Below are positions 9,041-18,217 of a DNA stretch of 64,000 nucleotides, piece by piece. The notes below the pieces were generated by a model that was given only the letters and a program-made list of their open reading frames with translations, was not told the origin of the DNA and did no database searches. Source of the stretch: Candidatus Eiseniibacteriota bacterium (GTDB lineage: Bacteria; Eisenbacteria; RBG-16-71-46; SZUA-252); assembly GCA_963724515.1 (NCBI GenBank), contig CAVRUU010000003.1, forward strand, positions 386,724 through 450,723. The letters are read 5' to 3'. Made by a program: the position numbers and the translations under genes. Each line of letters begins with the position of its first letter. The stretch's first letter is position 1.

Positions 9041-9637
9041 CTACATGCTCAGCGCGAGACCGCAACGCACGCCCATGTAGTTCGTGCTCGTACCCTCGGT
9101 GGAGACGGAGTGGTAATTGCCCATGATATTGAGCTTCGTCTTCGGGCCGACCGGGAATCCGACGCCGGCGCCGAAGTTGAAACCGAACTTCCCATCGCTG
9201 GCCGACAGGTTCGTCGACTGGGTCGTGTTCTCATCCTTCATCGAGACGCCGTAGTAGCCCCCGCCAACCTGAGCGCAGAAGCTCGGGCCGACCGGCGCGC
9301 CGAAGTTCATCCGGAATTCCGGCGTGACGCGGATCATGTGCATCGTGGTGGTGTGATCGTCCGCACCGTCGTTGTAGTCCATGGAGCCGAGGTTGTCGTA
9401 CGAAGCCTCGATGCCCCAGGACGTCTTCGGAGCCATGCTGCGGAAGTAGCCGGCGCCGAACGTCATTCCGCCGCCCGGTGAATCGGTCGAGAACGGCGAT
9501 GCCGCTTCGAGACTGGACTTCGCGTAACCGCCGCAGATCTCCATTGTGCCGGCACTCGGCATGGCCGAAGCCGCCGCGGCAAACGCCGTGACCAACGCGA
9601 ACGTGAAAAGCACCGTGGCAAACCGAGTCCGATTCAT
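9041..9637 (-). CDS. Small outer-membrane beta-barrel protein with signal peptide, paralogous in type to 8350..8952
   Basis: 198 aa. Signal peptide MNRTRFATVLFTFALVTAFAAAASA, Gly/Tyr/Phe-rich alternating strands, and a C-terminal ...GLALSM strand. Confidence 0.72.
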   Translation of the reverse strand: MNRTRFATVLFTFALVTAFAAAASAMPSAGTMEICGGYAKSSLEAASPFSTDSPGGGMTFGAGYFRSMAPKTSWGIEASYDNLGSMDYNDGADDHTTTMHMIRVTPEFRMNFGAPVGPSFCAQVGGGYYGVSMKDENTTQSTNLSASDGKFGFNFGAGVGFPVGPKTKLNIMGNYHSVSTEGTSTNYMGVRCGLALSM

Positions 9638-9783
9638 TGCTGGTTCCCCCTTACATGAGCAAAGCGACCCTATCCGCCCAACCCGCGACTACGCGGCGAC
9701 GAGACGCAGCGCAGTCACCCTGGCCTTGACGCAACAAGATATCGGCACCCCAGGGAGGAACCTTGAGCGGGGCAAGGAAGGGG

Positions 9784-11040
9784 TCAGGCGTCGGGCAGCT
9801 CGACCTCGGAGCGAGGAACCTTACCCTCCGGAACTCTATGAAAGAAGGCACCATACAGGACCGAGGCCGCGACGTAGAGAAGGGCCGCGAGGAGGAGGGG
9901 CTCGGTGTATCCGCGCCGCTCGATCAGGGCGCCTCCGATGTCGGCGCTGATGCTCCAGGACACGAACCAGCTGAGCGAGAGGATGCTGTTCGTGATCGCG
10001 TGCTCGCGCTCGGGCACGACTTCCATCGCGAAGTGGGTCGTGAGCGGCTGGTTCATGTTCATGAGGCCGGCGCGGAACAGGAATGCCCCGACCACCACCG
10101 GGAACGAGTGGGAGAGAGCGAGCGCGACCATGAACGGCACCGAGAGAAGCTGCGTCACGACGACCCCGCGCACGAGCCCGAGTCGGCGCGATACCGCCGG
10201 GCCGAACAGGTTCCCCAGGACCATGAACGCCTGCATGAGCGCGAAGAGCGCGCCGAGCGCGCCCGGCGTGAGGCCGAACCGGTCGCGGAAGTAGAGGTTC
10301 AGGAACGGGATGATGAGCCCGGCGCCGAGCCCGATCAGCGTGGCGGGGAGCGCGAGCTTGAGCTGAAGCCCCCAGTCGACCTCTGCCAGCTCGCGGATCT
10401 GCTCCCACGCTCCGGGCGCCTCGCCCTCGGACTTGGGGCCCTCGGTCCTCATCCGGTGGAACGGGATCGACGCGAGCAGGGTCAGACCGCTGGCCGCCCA
10501 GAGGGACCATCGGAGCGAGAGTCGCGCGCTGTCGGTCAGCGCGTGGAAGGCGTGGGGCATGGCGCCCCCCAGCGCCGAGCCCAGGATCGAGGCGAGGAAG
10601 AGCACCGTGAACGCGGCGCTGAAGAGGTACGGTCGGAGCTCGGGGCTCACCTCGCGCATCACCACGGGCGCGATCGAGAGGCGGAAGGTGGTCACGACCA
10701 TCCCCGAGAGAAATGCCGCGAGGAGCAGGAGCTCGGGAGAGACGACCGTTCCCTGTAAGAGGTAGGTGGCCGCCGTGAGCGCTCCCGCGACCACGAGGAT
10801 CCGGCCCGCGGAGACGCGCCGGAAGAGAAACGCTACCGGGAGGGCCGCGACGGCGGCGCCCAGTGAGATCTTGGAGAGAATCTGTCCGATGCCCGCGTCG
10901 CCGAGGCCCAGCTCGCGCAGGTAGAGATTGAAGAGGAGCGAGAAGATCGACTGCCCGAGCCCGCAGAGAAAGAGCCCGTAAAGAAAGAAGCGCGCGTTCC
11001 GGCCCGAGCCCAGGACCGAGCGGACGTACTCTCCGATCAC
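9784..11040 (-). CDS. MFS transporter
   Basis: Only the C-terminal ~418 aa of track ORF 9784..11619 looks real: 12 hydrophobic segments and loop motifs such as FLFRRVSAGR. The proposed GTG start at 11040 is in frame and has GGTGGAGG upstream. The upstream part of the ORF overlaps the phosphoesterase gene. Confidence 0.8.
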   Translation of the reverse strand: MIGEYVRSVLGSGRNARFFLYGLFLCGLGQSIFSLLFNLYLRELGLGDAGIGQILSKISLGAAVAALPVAFLFRRVSAGRILVVAGALTAATYLLQGTVVSPELLLLAAFLSGMVVTTFRLSIAPVVMREVSPELRPYLFSAAFTVLFLASILGSALGGAMPHAFHALTDSARLSLRWSLWAASGLTLLASIPFHRMRTEGPKSEGEAPGAWEQIRELAEVDWGLQLKLALPATLIGLGAGLIIPFLNLYFRDRFGLTPGALGALFALMQAFMVLGNLFGPAVSRRLGLVRGVVVTQLLSVPFMVALALSHSFPVVVGAFLFRAGLMNMNQPLTTHFAMEVVPEREHAITNSILSLSWFVSWSISADIGGALIERRGYTEPLLLAALLYVAASVLYGAFFHRVPEGKVPRSEVELPDA

Positions 11041-11063
11041 GCGGCGCGGCAGGGGGCCTCCAC

Positions 11064-11672
11064 CTAGAATCTTCCCCTCGCGCGCTCCTTCGCCGGCAGG
11101 ATCTCGAGGCAGGTCGTCCACCAGCCGGTCCGGATCGTCTCGACGAATTCGGGCGGAAGCGCTTCCTCCTCCATCTCCCGGGCGAGGGACCCGACATCGT
11201 AGGCCACCGGGGCGAACTCGGCCTCGTCGCTTCCGGCGCCGAGGAGCGCGTACCAGACATCGGGGCGTCCGTCGTTCGCCGGCCTGCCCACCGCACCCGC
11301 GTTCACGATCACCCCGCCGTCGGGGAGCCTCCGCTGCCAGTGGATCCCGGTGTGGGCGCAGAGGACCGTGTCCGCTTCGGCCTCGCGGAGGAGCCTCATG
11401 AGAAACGCGTCCGAGGATGCCGATTCCCAGAGGAACTCGTTGATCCGTCGCGGGGAGCCGTGGCAGAGGAGAAACCGCCTCCCCCCGCGCGTGAAGCGGA
11501 TCGAGCCCGGGAGCAAGGCGAGCCGGCTTCGCTCCTCGTCCCCCGTGCGCCGATTCGTGTAGTCGTAGGAGAGCTGTGCGAAGTAATTGTCGGACGGGTG
11601 CGTGTAACCGCAGCCGCAATCGGGGAGTCTCATCGCGAGCGCCTCATCGTAGTTTCCCGCGATCGTGGTCAC
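11064..11672 (-). CDS. Metallophosphoesterase family protein (YfcE/MJ0936-like); homology continues upstream of the only available start
   Basis: The track ORF starts at GTG 11672 (MTTIAGNYDEA...DCGCGY...CHGSP...CAHTGIH). Hand translation shows in-frame homology further upstream (TVAFLGGLYANHVAL...RRIFCLGDLGGFGPNP), but there is no ATG/GTG/TTG there. See findings. Confidence 0.7.
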   Translation of the reverse strand: MTTIAGNYDEALAMRLPDCGCGYTHPSDNYFAQLSYDYTNRRTGDEERSRLALLPGSIRFTRGGRRFLLCHGSPRRINEFLWESASSDAFLMRLLREAEADTVLCAHTGIHWQRRLPDGGVIVNAGAVGRPANDGRPDVWYALLGAGSDEAEFAPVAYDVGSLAREMEEEALPPEFVETIRTGWWTTCLEILPAKERARGRF

Positions 11673-12026
11673 CTGGAACTCGTCCAGGATCGGGAAGACC
11701 TTCCCCGGGTTCGGGCCGAACCCTCCGAGATCGCCGAGGCAGAAGATGCGGCGCGCCCCGCGCCGGCGCGCGTCCGACGCCGCGGCGCGAAGCGCGACGT
11801 GGTTTGCGTAGAGGCCGCCGAGGAAAGCGACCGTCCCTTCGAGGTCGGGATCGCGAAGCGGGAGCGTCGTGGCGTTAACGGGCGCGCATCCTCGAGAGTG
11901 AACGTGTGGGGCGAAGCCTGACGCGCGCAGCGTAGCACGCGGCCGTGCCTGCGTCCAACGGCTCCCCTGTGATATGCTCCCGTGCCTTTCACGCGACGCT
12001 GTTCAATCGGAGAGAATGAAGCGGTC

Positions 12027-13043
12027 GTGATCTGGGACATCCTCATCATCGGAGCAGGCCCCGCCGGACTTTCCGCGGCGCTCTTCACGCGGATGCGCCG
12101 GATGTCGACCCTTCTCCTCGACACGGCCGTGGCCGGCGGGCAGCTCGCCTCCCTCTACCCCAAGAAGCCGGTCCACGACTACCCCTCCTACACCTATGTG
12201 ATGGGCGAGGACCTCGGGAAGAACTTCGTCGATCAGGCGAACCACATGGGCGCCGAGATCCGCGAGCGCGAGCACGTGACGATGATCGCCCGGGACGACG
12301 AGCAGAACCTGATCCGGGTCACCTCCACCAAGGGGCAGTACGAGGCCCGGAGCGTGATCGTGGCGACGGGCGGGGGCGCCTTCGAGCCCCGGAAAATCAA
12401 CAAGCCCGGCGAAGCCGAGCTCAAGGGCAAGGGACTCTTCTATGGCATGCCGGACGTCGAGGCGAGCAAGGGGAAGAGGATCCTGATCATCGGCGGCGGG
12501 GACAGCGCGCTCGAATCGGCGCTCTCGGTCAAGGACGTGGCGGACGTGACCATGATCCACATGCTCGACAAGTGGCAGGGCATGGACACCTACGTCGAGG
12601 AGATCAAGGAGTCGAAGATCCGCACCATGCTCGAGACCGAGACCGTGGAGATCCGCGGCGATGGGAAGGTCGAGACCGTGGTCGTGAAGAACAAGAAGAC
12701 GGAGGAGACCCAGGAGCTGCCGATCGATTTCGTCTCGATCAACATCGGATTTCTCATGGACACGAAGGTGATCCGCTCGTGGGGGCTCGAGCTCGAGGGC
12801 AACCAGATCAAGGTCGACAACATCATGAACACGAACATCAAGGGCGTGTTCAGCTGCGGCGACATCGCGACCTACCCGGGGAAGTACAAGCTCCTGATCA
12901 CGGCCTGCAGCGAGGGCGCGGCAGCGGCCAACACGGCATATATCTACGTGAAGCAGCCGAAGAAGTTCACGGTCGGAGAGCTGTACGCGGCGCCGAAGGA
13001 AGCGGGCGACACCCAGCCCAAGACGTCCGAATCCCCCGCCTAG
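12027..13043 (+). CDS. Thioredoxin-reductase-like ferredoxin/flavodoxin-NADP+ reductase (YumC-type)
   Basis: Track ORF 11982..13043, trimmed to the in-frame GTG at 12027 (GGAGAG upstream). DILIIGAGPAGLSAA, GGQLASLYPKKPVHDYP and GGGDSALE are present. The redox-active CxxC of true TrxB is absent. Confidence 0.82.
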   Translation: MIWDILIIGAGPAGLSAALFTRMRRMSTLLLDTAVAGGQLASLYPKKPVHDYPSYTYVMGEDLGKNFVDQANHMGAEIREREHVTMIARDDEQNLIRVTSTKGQYEARSVIVATGGGAFEPRKINKPGEAELKGKGLFYGMPDVEASKGKRILIIGGGDSALESALSVKDVADVTMIHMLDKWQGMDTYVEEIKESKIRTMLETETVEIRGDGKVETVVVKNKKTEETQELPIDFVSINIGFLMDTKVIRSWGLELEGNQIKVDNIMNTNIKGVFSCGDIATYPGKYKLLITACSEGAAAANTAYIYVKQPKKFTVGELYAAPKEAGDTQPKTSESPA

Positions 13044-14386
13044 GCGCCTCCGCCCACCGTGAGCTCCTTGAACCGGAGCGAGGGGGACGCCACGTTGGAG
13101 CGGAACTCGAGATCCCTCCCGACCGCGTCGATCCCGAGCAGCATCTCATCGAGCCTCCCCGCCACGGTCACGCCCTCGACCGGTTTCGTAAGCACGCCCT
13201 TCTCGATCCACCGCCCGTCGACCTGCTGCGAGTATTCTCCGGAGACCGTGTCCACGCCGAACCCCGCGAGCCCGGTCACGTAGAGGCCGCTGCTCAAATC
13301 CTCCACCAGAGGGCGGGTCTTGGAAACGGCATCGATGTAGAAGTTCGTCGGGCCGATCGCGGGAAGCGAATCGTAGGAACGGACCCCGTTGCCCGTGGGC
13401 GTCGCGTTCGTGCGGCGCGCGGTCGCGGAGGAGTGCAGATACTGGCGTAGAATTCCCCGGTCGACGACCACGGTGCGGTGTGTCTGGACGCCTTCCCCGT
13501 CGAAGTAGCGCGTGCCGAGGCCGCGGCGCATCGTTCCGTCGTCGACGATCGTGATCGCGGAGCTCGCGATCTGTTGCCCGATCTTCCCCGTCAGGAAGGA
13601 GCGCTGCTCGATCGCGTTGAGCGCGCTGAACGCAGGGAAGAGCCCCCCGAGGAACACCCCGGCGGCTTCGGCGGCGAAGACCACCGGCACCCTGGCGGAC
13701 GGGACCGCGGCCGCCCCCAGCCTCGCGAGCGCGCGCTCCACGGCGCGCTGCCCGATCTGCTCCGGCCTCGCGAGATCCGCCAGGAGGCGCTTGCGATCGG
13801 TGTAGTTCCCCTCCCGCTTCCGCGCGCCGTCGGTCGCGATCGGGCTCGCGGAGAGCCAGATCGTCGAGGCGCGGTACGTCTGGCGCGGGAGGAAGGTGTT
13901 CGAGTAGAAGATCTCGACGACCGCCGTGCCGCACCGCGCGTCGCGCGTGGTCTGGATCCGTTTGTCTTGAGCGAAGGCGCTCTCCTCCGCGGCCCGCGCG
14001 AACCGGACCAGCTCCTCCGGCCGGAGCTGCGCGACGGCGGGATCGTAGATCTCGAGGTCGCTCTGGGAAACCGCCAGGAATTCCGAAAGCTTGTTCTCGT
14101 CGCGCGGGGTCGCCTGATTGGTGAGGCTCAGCGTGCGGTTGACCAGCTCGGTCAGGACCGTCTCGCGGAGGTCGGTCGTGAAGAGAAACCCCATGCGGCG
14201 ATCGCGGAACACGCGAAGGCCCAGGCCCTGCACCACGGACTGCTGCAGGAGCTCGATCTGCCCCTGGCGCAGCCGCACCTCGGTGGTCGTGCTCAACTCG
14301 AGGTAGGACTCCGCTTCCTGTGCGCCGGAGCGCTCCGCCTGGATCCGGACCTTCTCCGCCAGCTCGACCGCGGTCTGTCTCGCCAT
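13040..14386 (-). CDS. pmbA: PmbA/TldE family metalloprotease partner subunit
   Basis: 448 aa of the TldD/PmbA family with no HExxxH motif. It lies immediately downstream of tldD with zero gap. I see no signal peptide. Confidence 0.88.
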   Translation of the reverse strand: MARQTAVELAEKVRIQAERSGAQEAESYLELSTTTEVRLRQGQIELLQQSVVQGLGLRVFRDRRMGFLFTTDLRETVLTELVNRTLSLTNQATPRDENKLSEFLAVSQSDLEIYDPAVAQLRPEELVRFARAAEESAFAQDKRIQTTRDARCGTAVVEIFYSNTFLPRQTYRASTIWLSASPIATDGARKREGNYTDRKRLLADLARPEQIGQRAVERALARLGAAAVPSARVPVVFAAEAAGVFLGGLFPAFSALNAIEQRSFLTGKIGQQIASSAITIVDDGTMRRGLGTRYFDGEGVQTHRTVVVDRGILRQYLHSSATARRTNATPTGNGVRSYDSLPAIGPTNFYIDAVSKTRPLVEDLSSGLYVTGLAGFGVDTVSGEYSQQVDGRWIEKGVLTKPVEGVTVAGRLDEMLLGIDAVGRDLEFRSNVASPSLRFKELTVGGGA

Positions 14387-15934
14387 CTAGATCGACGACC
14401 CTCCGACAGTGATCGAGGAAAACCGGACCGTGGGCTGGCCGACGCCGACCGGCACCTGCTGCCCGTCCTTCCCGCACGTCCCGCGCGTCTGCTCCACCGC
14501 GAGATCGTTCCCGATGCCCTCGATCCGCTGCATGGTCTCGAGTGAGTTTCCGACGAGCACCGCGCCGCGGACGGGCCTCGTGAGCTTGCCGTCCTCGATC
14601 CAGTACCCCTCGCGGACGGCGAAGTTGAAGTTCCCGCTCGTGGTCTCGACCGAGCCTCCGCCCATCTCGGCCGCGTAGAAGCCCTTCGTGATGCCGTTCA
14701 ATAGCGATCCGGGATTGCTCGCGCCCCGGTCGATGTAGGTGTTGCTCATGCGCGGAATGGGCCAGTTGCGATAGGACATCCGCCTCCCGTTGCCGGTGGA
14801 CCGCAGCCCCAGGAGCGCCGCGTTCTGCTTGTCCAGGAGATAGGACTGGAGAATGCCCCCTTCGACCGCGATGGTTCGCTGCCCGGGAGTCCCCTCGTCG
14901 TCCACCGCGTAGGAGCCGCGGCCGTTCGGCCAGCGGGCGTCGTCCACGACGCGGACCAGGGGCGACGCGACGCGCGTGCCCTGAAGACCGGAAAGAAGCG
15001 ACGTGCCGCGGCGGATTCCGTCCCCTTCGAGCGCATGGCCGAGCGATTCGTGGATGAGCACGCCCCCCCAGCCGGGAGCGACGACCACCGGCATCGGGCC
15101 GGCTGGAGCGGGGCCCGCTTCGAGGAGCCGCGCTGCCTGGAGGCCGGCCTTGCGCCCCGCGTCCTCCGGGCTCACGCGCGCGAAGTAGTCCGCGTCGATA
15201 CGGCCTCCCAGGGTCGCGAAGCCGCTCGCGCGCTTGGCGCCGGATTGCGCGGTCGGCGTGCAGGAGAGGGTCGTCATGTACTGGCGGTCGATCACATAGG
15301 CGCCGTCGGATGTGCCGATCAGGACGTCGCGCACCTCGTCCACGTATTCGACCCGGACCGAGACGACGCGAGGGTCGGCCGCGCGCGCCGCGGCATCCAT
15401 GCGCCGGAGCAGATCCAGCTTCGAGGGCTCCTGCATGAGCGGCTCCGGATTCACGAGCCGGAAGGGCGGCTCGAGATTCCGGCGGGTCACGTCGATCGGG
15501 TTCGTGCGGCTCTGCGTCTCCACGATGGTGGACGCGACGCGGGCGGCGTCGAGCAGCGAGGAGAAGGTGAGCTCGTCGGAAAACGCATAGCCCGTCTGGT
15601 TGCGCCGGACGACGCGCACTCCGGCGCCGCGGGGGTATCCGTACGTGACCGAATCGATCTTCCCCGCGTCGAGAACGATCGCGGTGCGGAAGCGCTGCTC
15701 CGCGAAGAGATCGGCGAAGTCTCCCCCGCGGGCGAGCGATTCTTGGAGGATCCGGTTCACCGTCTCTTCGTTCAGGACGTCCCGCAGCTCCTGGCCGATG
15801 CCCATGAGGGCGGCCCCGGCGGCTTTCGGGTGGAGCAGCGAAACCGCTTCCGGAAGGCCCGCGGCCAGGGCGGTCGTGAGGAGAGCGCCTCGCCTGAGAA
15901 AGTCCCGGCGGGACATCGATCGTTCAGGGGACAT
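14387..15934 (-). CDS. tldD: TldD family zinc metalloprotease with twin-arginine signal peptide
   Basis: 515 aa. N-terminus MSPERSMSRRDFLRRGALLTTALAAGLPEAV carries the Tat motif SRRDFLR. Catalytic HESLGHALEGD. Confidence 0.9.
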   Translation of the reverse strand: MSPERSMSRRDFLRRGALLTTALAAGLPEAVSLLHPKAAGAALMGIGQELRDVLNEETVNRILQESLARGGDFADLFAEQRFRTAIVLDAGKIDSVTYGYPRGAGVRVVRRNQTGYAFSDELTFSSLLDAARVASTIVETQSRTNPIDVTRRNLEPPFRLVNPEPLMQEPSKLDLLRRMDAAARAADPRVVSVRVEYVDEVRDVLIGTSDGAYVIDRQYMTTLSCTPTAQSGAKRASGFATLGGRIDADYFARVSPEDAGRKAGLQAARLLEAGPAPAGPMPVVVAPGWGGVLIHESLGHALEGDGIRRGTSLLSGLQGTRVASPLVRVVDDARWPNGRGSYAVDDEGTPGQRTIAVEGGILQSYLLDKQNAALLGLRSTGNGRRMSYRNWPIPRMSNTYIDRGASNPGSLLNGITKGFYAAEMGGGSVETTSGNFNFAVREGYWIEDGKLTRPVRGAVLVGNSLETMQRIEGIGNDLAVEQTRGTCGKDGQQVPVGVGQPTVRFSSITVGGSSI

Positions 15935-16038
15935 TGGCTGAAGCCTTGCAGATTCTCACGCCCGTTGCAAGGGCTCGGGAGGCTCTGATAACGTGTGCGC
16001 GCGTTTGGACCCACCGCACGAGACACCGCGAGGAACAC

Positions 16039-16464
16039 ATGGAACGAATCCGGAACAAGATCTTCTCGGTGGAAGAAGCGAACGGAATGATCCCCTTCCT
16101 CACGCAGGCCATGGGCTCGCTCACCTCGATGGAGCGCGAGATCGCGGCGCTTCAGAAGGAGGTGCAGGTGCTGGCGGCGATCGAATCTTCGGGCGCCACG
16201 AGCCGGAACACGGACGTCCGCGCGCTGCGCGAGGGAGAGGCGCGCTGCGCCCGATTGATCGAGGAATTCCGCTCGGCATTGCAAGACTTCGCCTCGCGCG
16301 GCTGCATCCTTCGCGACCTCGACCTGGGCCTGGTCGACTTCTACACGATGGCGCGCGATCGGGTGGTGTGCCTCTGCTGGCGGCTCGGCGAGCCGAGGGT
16401 CATGCACTGGCATCCCACCGACGAAGGCTTTTCCGGCCGGAGACCTCTGGCCGAGCTTCCCTAG
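16039..16464 (+). CDS. DUF2203 family protein
   Basis: Track ORF 15934..16464, trimmed to Met 36 (MERIRNKIFSVEEANGMIPFL...). The C-terminal GLVDFY...VCLCWRLGEPRVMHWHPTDEGFSGRRPL matches my memory of DUF2203. Confidence 0.7.
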   Translation: MERIRNKIFSVEEANGMIPFLTQAMGSLTSMEREIAALQKEVQVLAAIESSGATSRNTDVRALREGEARCARLIEEFRSALQDFASRGCILRDLDLGLVDFYTMARDRVVCLCWRLGEPRVMHWHPTDEGFSGRRPLAELP

Positions 16465-16501
16465 ACCACCCCGGGCGCTGAGTCCCTGGAACGGAGCCGC
16501 C

Positions 16502-18217
16502 GTGGACGCGCGCGATGTCGCCCGCATTCTGGATGAGATCGCCGCCCTCCTCGAGCTCAAGGGCGAGAATCCGTTCAAGATCCGCGCTTACGAGAACGCG
16601 GCCCGCGCGGTGGAAGGGCTGACCGAGGATCTGGGACAGCTCATCGAGGCCGGCAGGCTCACCGAGGTGCGCGGGATCGGCGAGAAGATCGCGCTCCGCA
16701 TCACGGAGCTGTGGAAGACGGGCCACATGAAGTTCTACGAATCCCTCGTGGACGCGATTCCTCCGGGTTACCTCGACATGGTCCGCGTGCCCGGGCTGGG
16801 CGCCAAGCGCGTGCGCCTCCTCGGCGAAAAGCTCCAGATCACCACCCTCGCGGAGCTCAAGGCGGCGGCCGAGAAAGGCCGGATCCGCGAGCTCAAGGGA
16901 TTCGGAGAGCAGTCGGAGAAGAAGATCCTCACGGGAATCGCCCTGCTGGAGAAGGGCGCGGGCCGCTACCTCGCGAGCGAGGCGCGGATCGTCGCCGAGG
17001 AGATCCTGGGCGCGCTCGCCAAGATGGCCTCCGTCGAAGCCTCCGAGGTCGGCGGGAGCTTGAGGCGCTGGCTCGAGACCGTGAAGGACGTGGACCTTCT
17101 GGTGGCGACGAAGAAGCCCGAGAAGGTCACGAAGGAGTTCCTGAAGCTCCTTCCGGATGCCACCCTCATCGGAAGCGGTGACACGAAGACGTCGGTCCGC
17201 CTGCGCACGGGACTCGCCGTGGACCTGAGGCTCGTCCTTCCCGAGCAGTTCCCCTTCGCCCTCCACTACTTCACCGGCAACGTCGCGCACAACGTGCGCG
17301 TGCGCGGCCGCGCGCTGGAGCGCGGGATGAGCCTGAACGAGTACGAGCTCTCGGGAAAGCGCCACGCGCCCATCCGGAGCGAGGCGGATCTCTTCAAGGC
17401 GCTGGACCTGGCCTACATCGAGCCGGAGCTGCGCGAGAACCGCGGAGAGATCGAGGCGGCGGAAGCGAACACGCTTCCGAAGCTCGTCACGATGAAGGAC
17501 ATCCTCGGAATCCTCCACTGTCACACCACGTACAGCGACGGCCGCTCCACGCTCTCCGAGATGGCCGAGGCCGCGGTGGCCTGGGGTGCTAACTACCTCG
17601 GCATCTCCGACCACAGCGCCTCCGCCGGCTACGCCGGGGGATTGACCGAGGAGAAGCTCGAGCAGCAGTGGACCGAGATCGACGCCTGGAACGCGGAATC
17701 GAAGAAGCTCAAGATCCTGAAGGGCGCCGAGGTGGATGTCCTGCCCGATGGGTCGCTCGACTACCCCGACCGCGTCCTCAAGAAGCTCGACTTCGTCGTG
17801 GCTTCGGTGCACACGAACTTCACGATGAGCGAGAAGGACATGACGAAGCGCATGACACAGGCGCTCCGGAACCGCTATGTCACGATCCTGGCGCACCCGA
17901 CGGGCCGCCTCCTCCTCGAGCGGGACGGATACAAGGTGACCCTGGAGGAGATCTATCGCGTCGCGGCCGATGAAGGCGTGATCATCGAGATCAACTCCAA
18001 CCCGCACCGCCTCGATCTGGATTGGCGGGAGGTCATCCACGCCAAGTCGCGCGGAGTCCGCTTCGCGGTCAATCCCGACGCCCACAACAAGGCGGGCTAC
18101 GCGGATCTTCGATACGGGATCGGCGTCGCGCGAAAGGCCTGGCTCACGAAGGAAGACGTCGTGAACACGCTGCCGGTCGCGAAGGCGCTGGCGCTTTTCC
18201 GAAGCCGCCGCGCGTGA
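16502..18217 (+). CDS. polX: DNA polymerase X family protein with C-terminal PHP phosphoesterase domain
   Basis: 571 aa. N-terminal IAALLELKGENPFKIRAYENAARAV, HhH motifs, and a PHP domain (LHCHTTYSDG...HTNF). Confidence 0.92.
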   Translation: MDARDVARILDEIAALLELKGENPFKIRAYENAARAVEGLTEDLGQLIEAGRLTEVRGIGEKIALRITELWKTGHMKFYESLVDAIPPGYLDMVRVPGLGAKRVRLLGEKLQITTLAELKAAAEKGRIRELKGFGEQSEKKILTGIALLEKGAGRYLASEARIVAEEILGALAKMASVEASEVGGSLRRWLETVKDVDLLVATKKPEKVTKEFLKLLPDATLIGSGDTKTSVRLRTGLAVDLRLVLPEQFPFALHYFTGNVAHNVRVRGRALERGMSLNEYELSGKRHAPIRSEADLFKALDLAYIEPELRENRGEIEAAEANTLPKLVTMKDILGILHCHTTYSDGRSTLSEMAEAAVAWGANYLGISDHSASAGYAGGLTEEKLEQQWTEIDAWNAESKKLKILKGAEVDVLPDGSLDYPDRVLKKLDFVVASVHTNFTMSEKDMTKRMTQALRNRYVTILAHPTGRLLLERDGYKVTLEEIYRVAADEGVIIEINSNPHRLDLDWREVIHAKSRGVRFAVNPDAHNKAGYADLRYGIGVARKAWLTKEDVVNTLPVAKALALFRSRRA

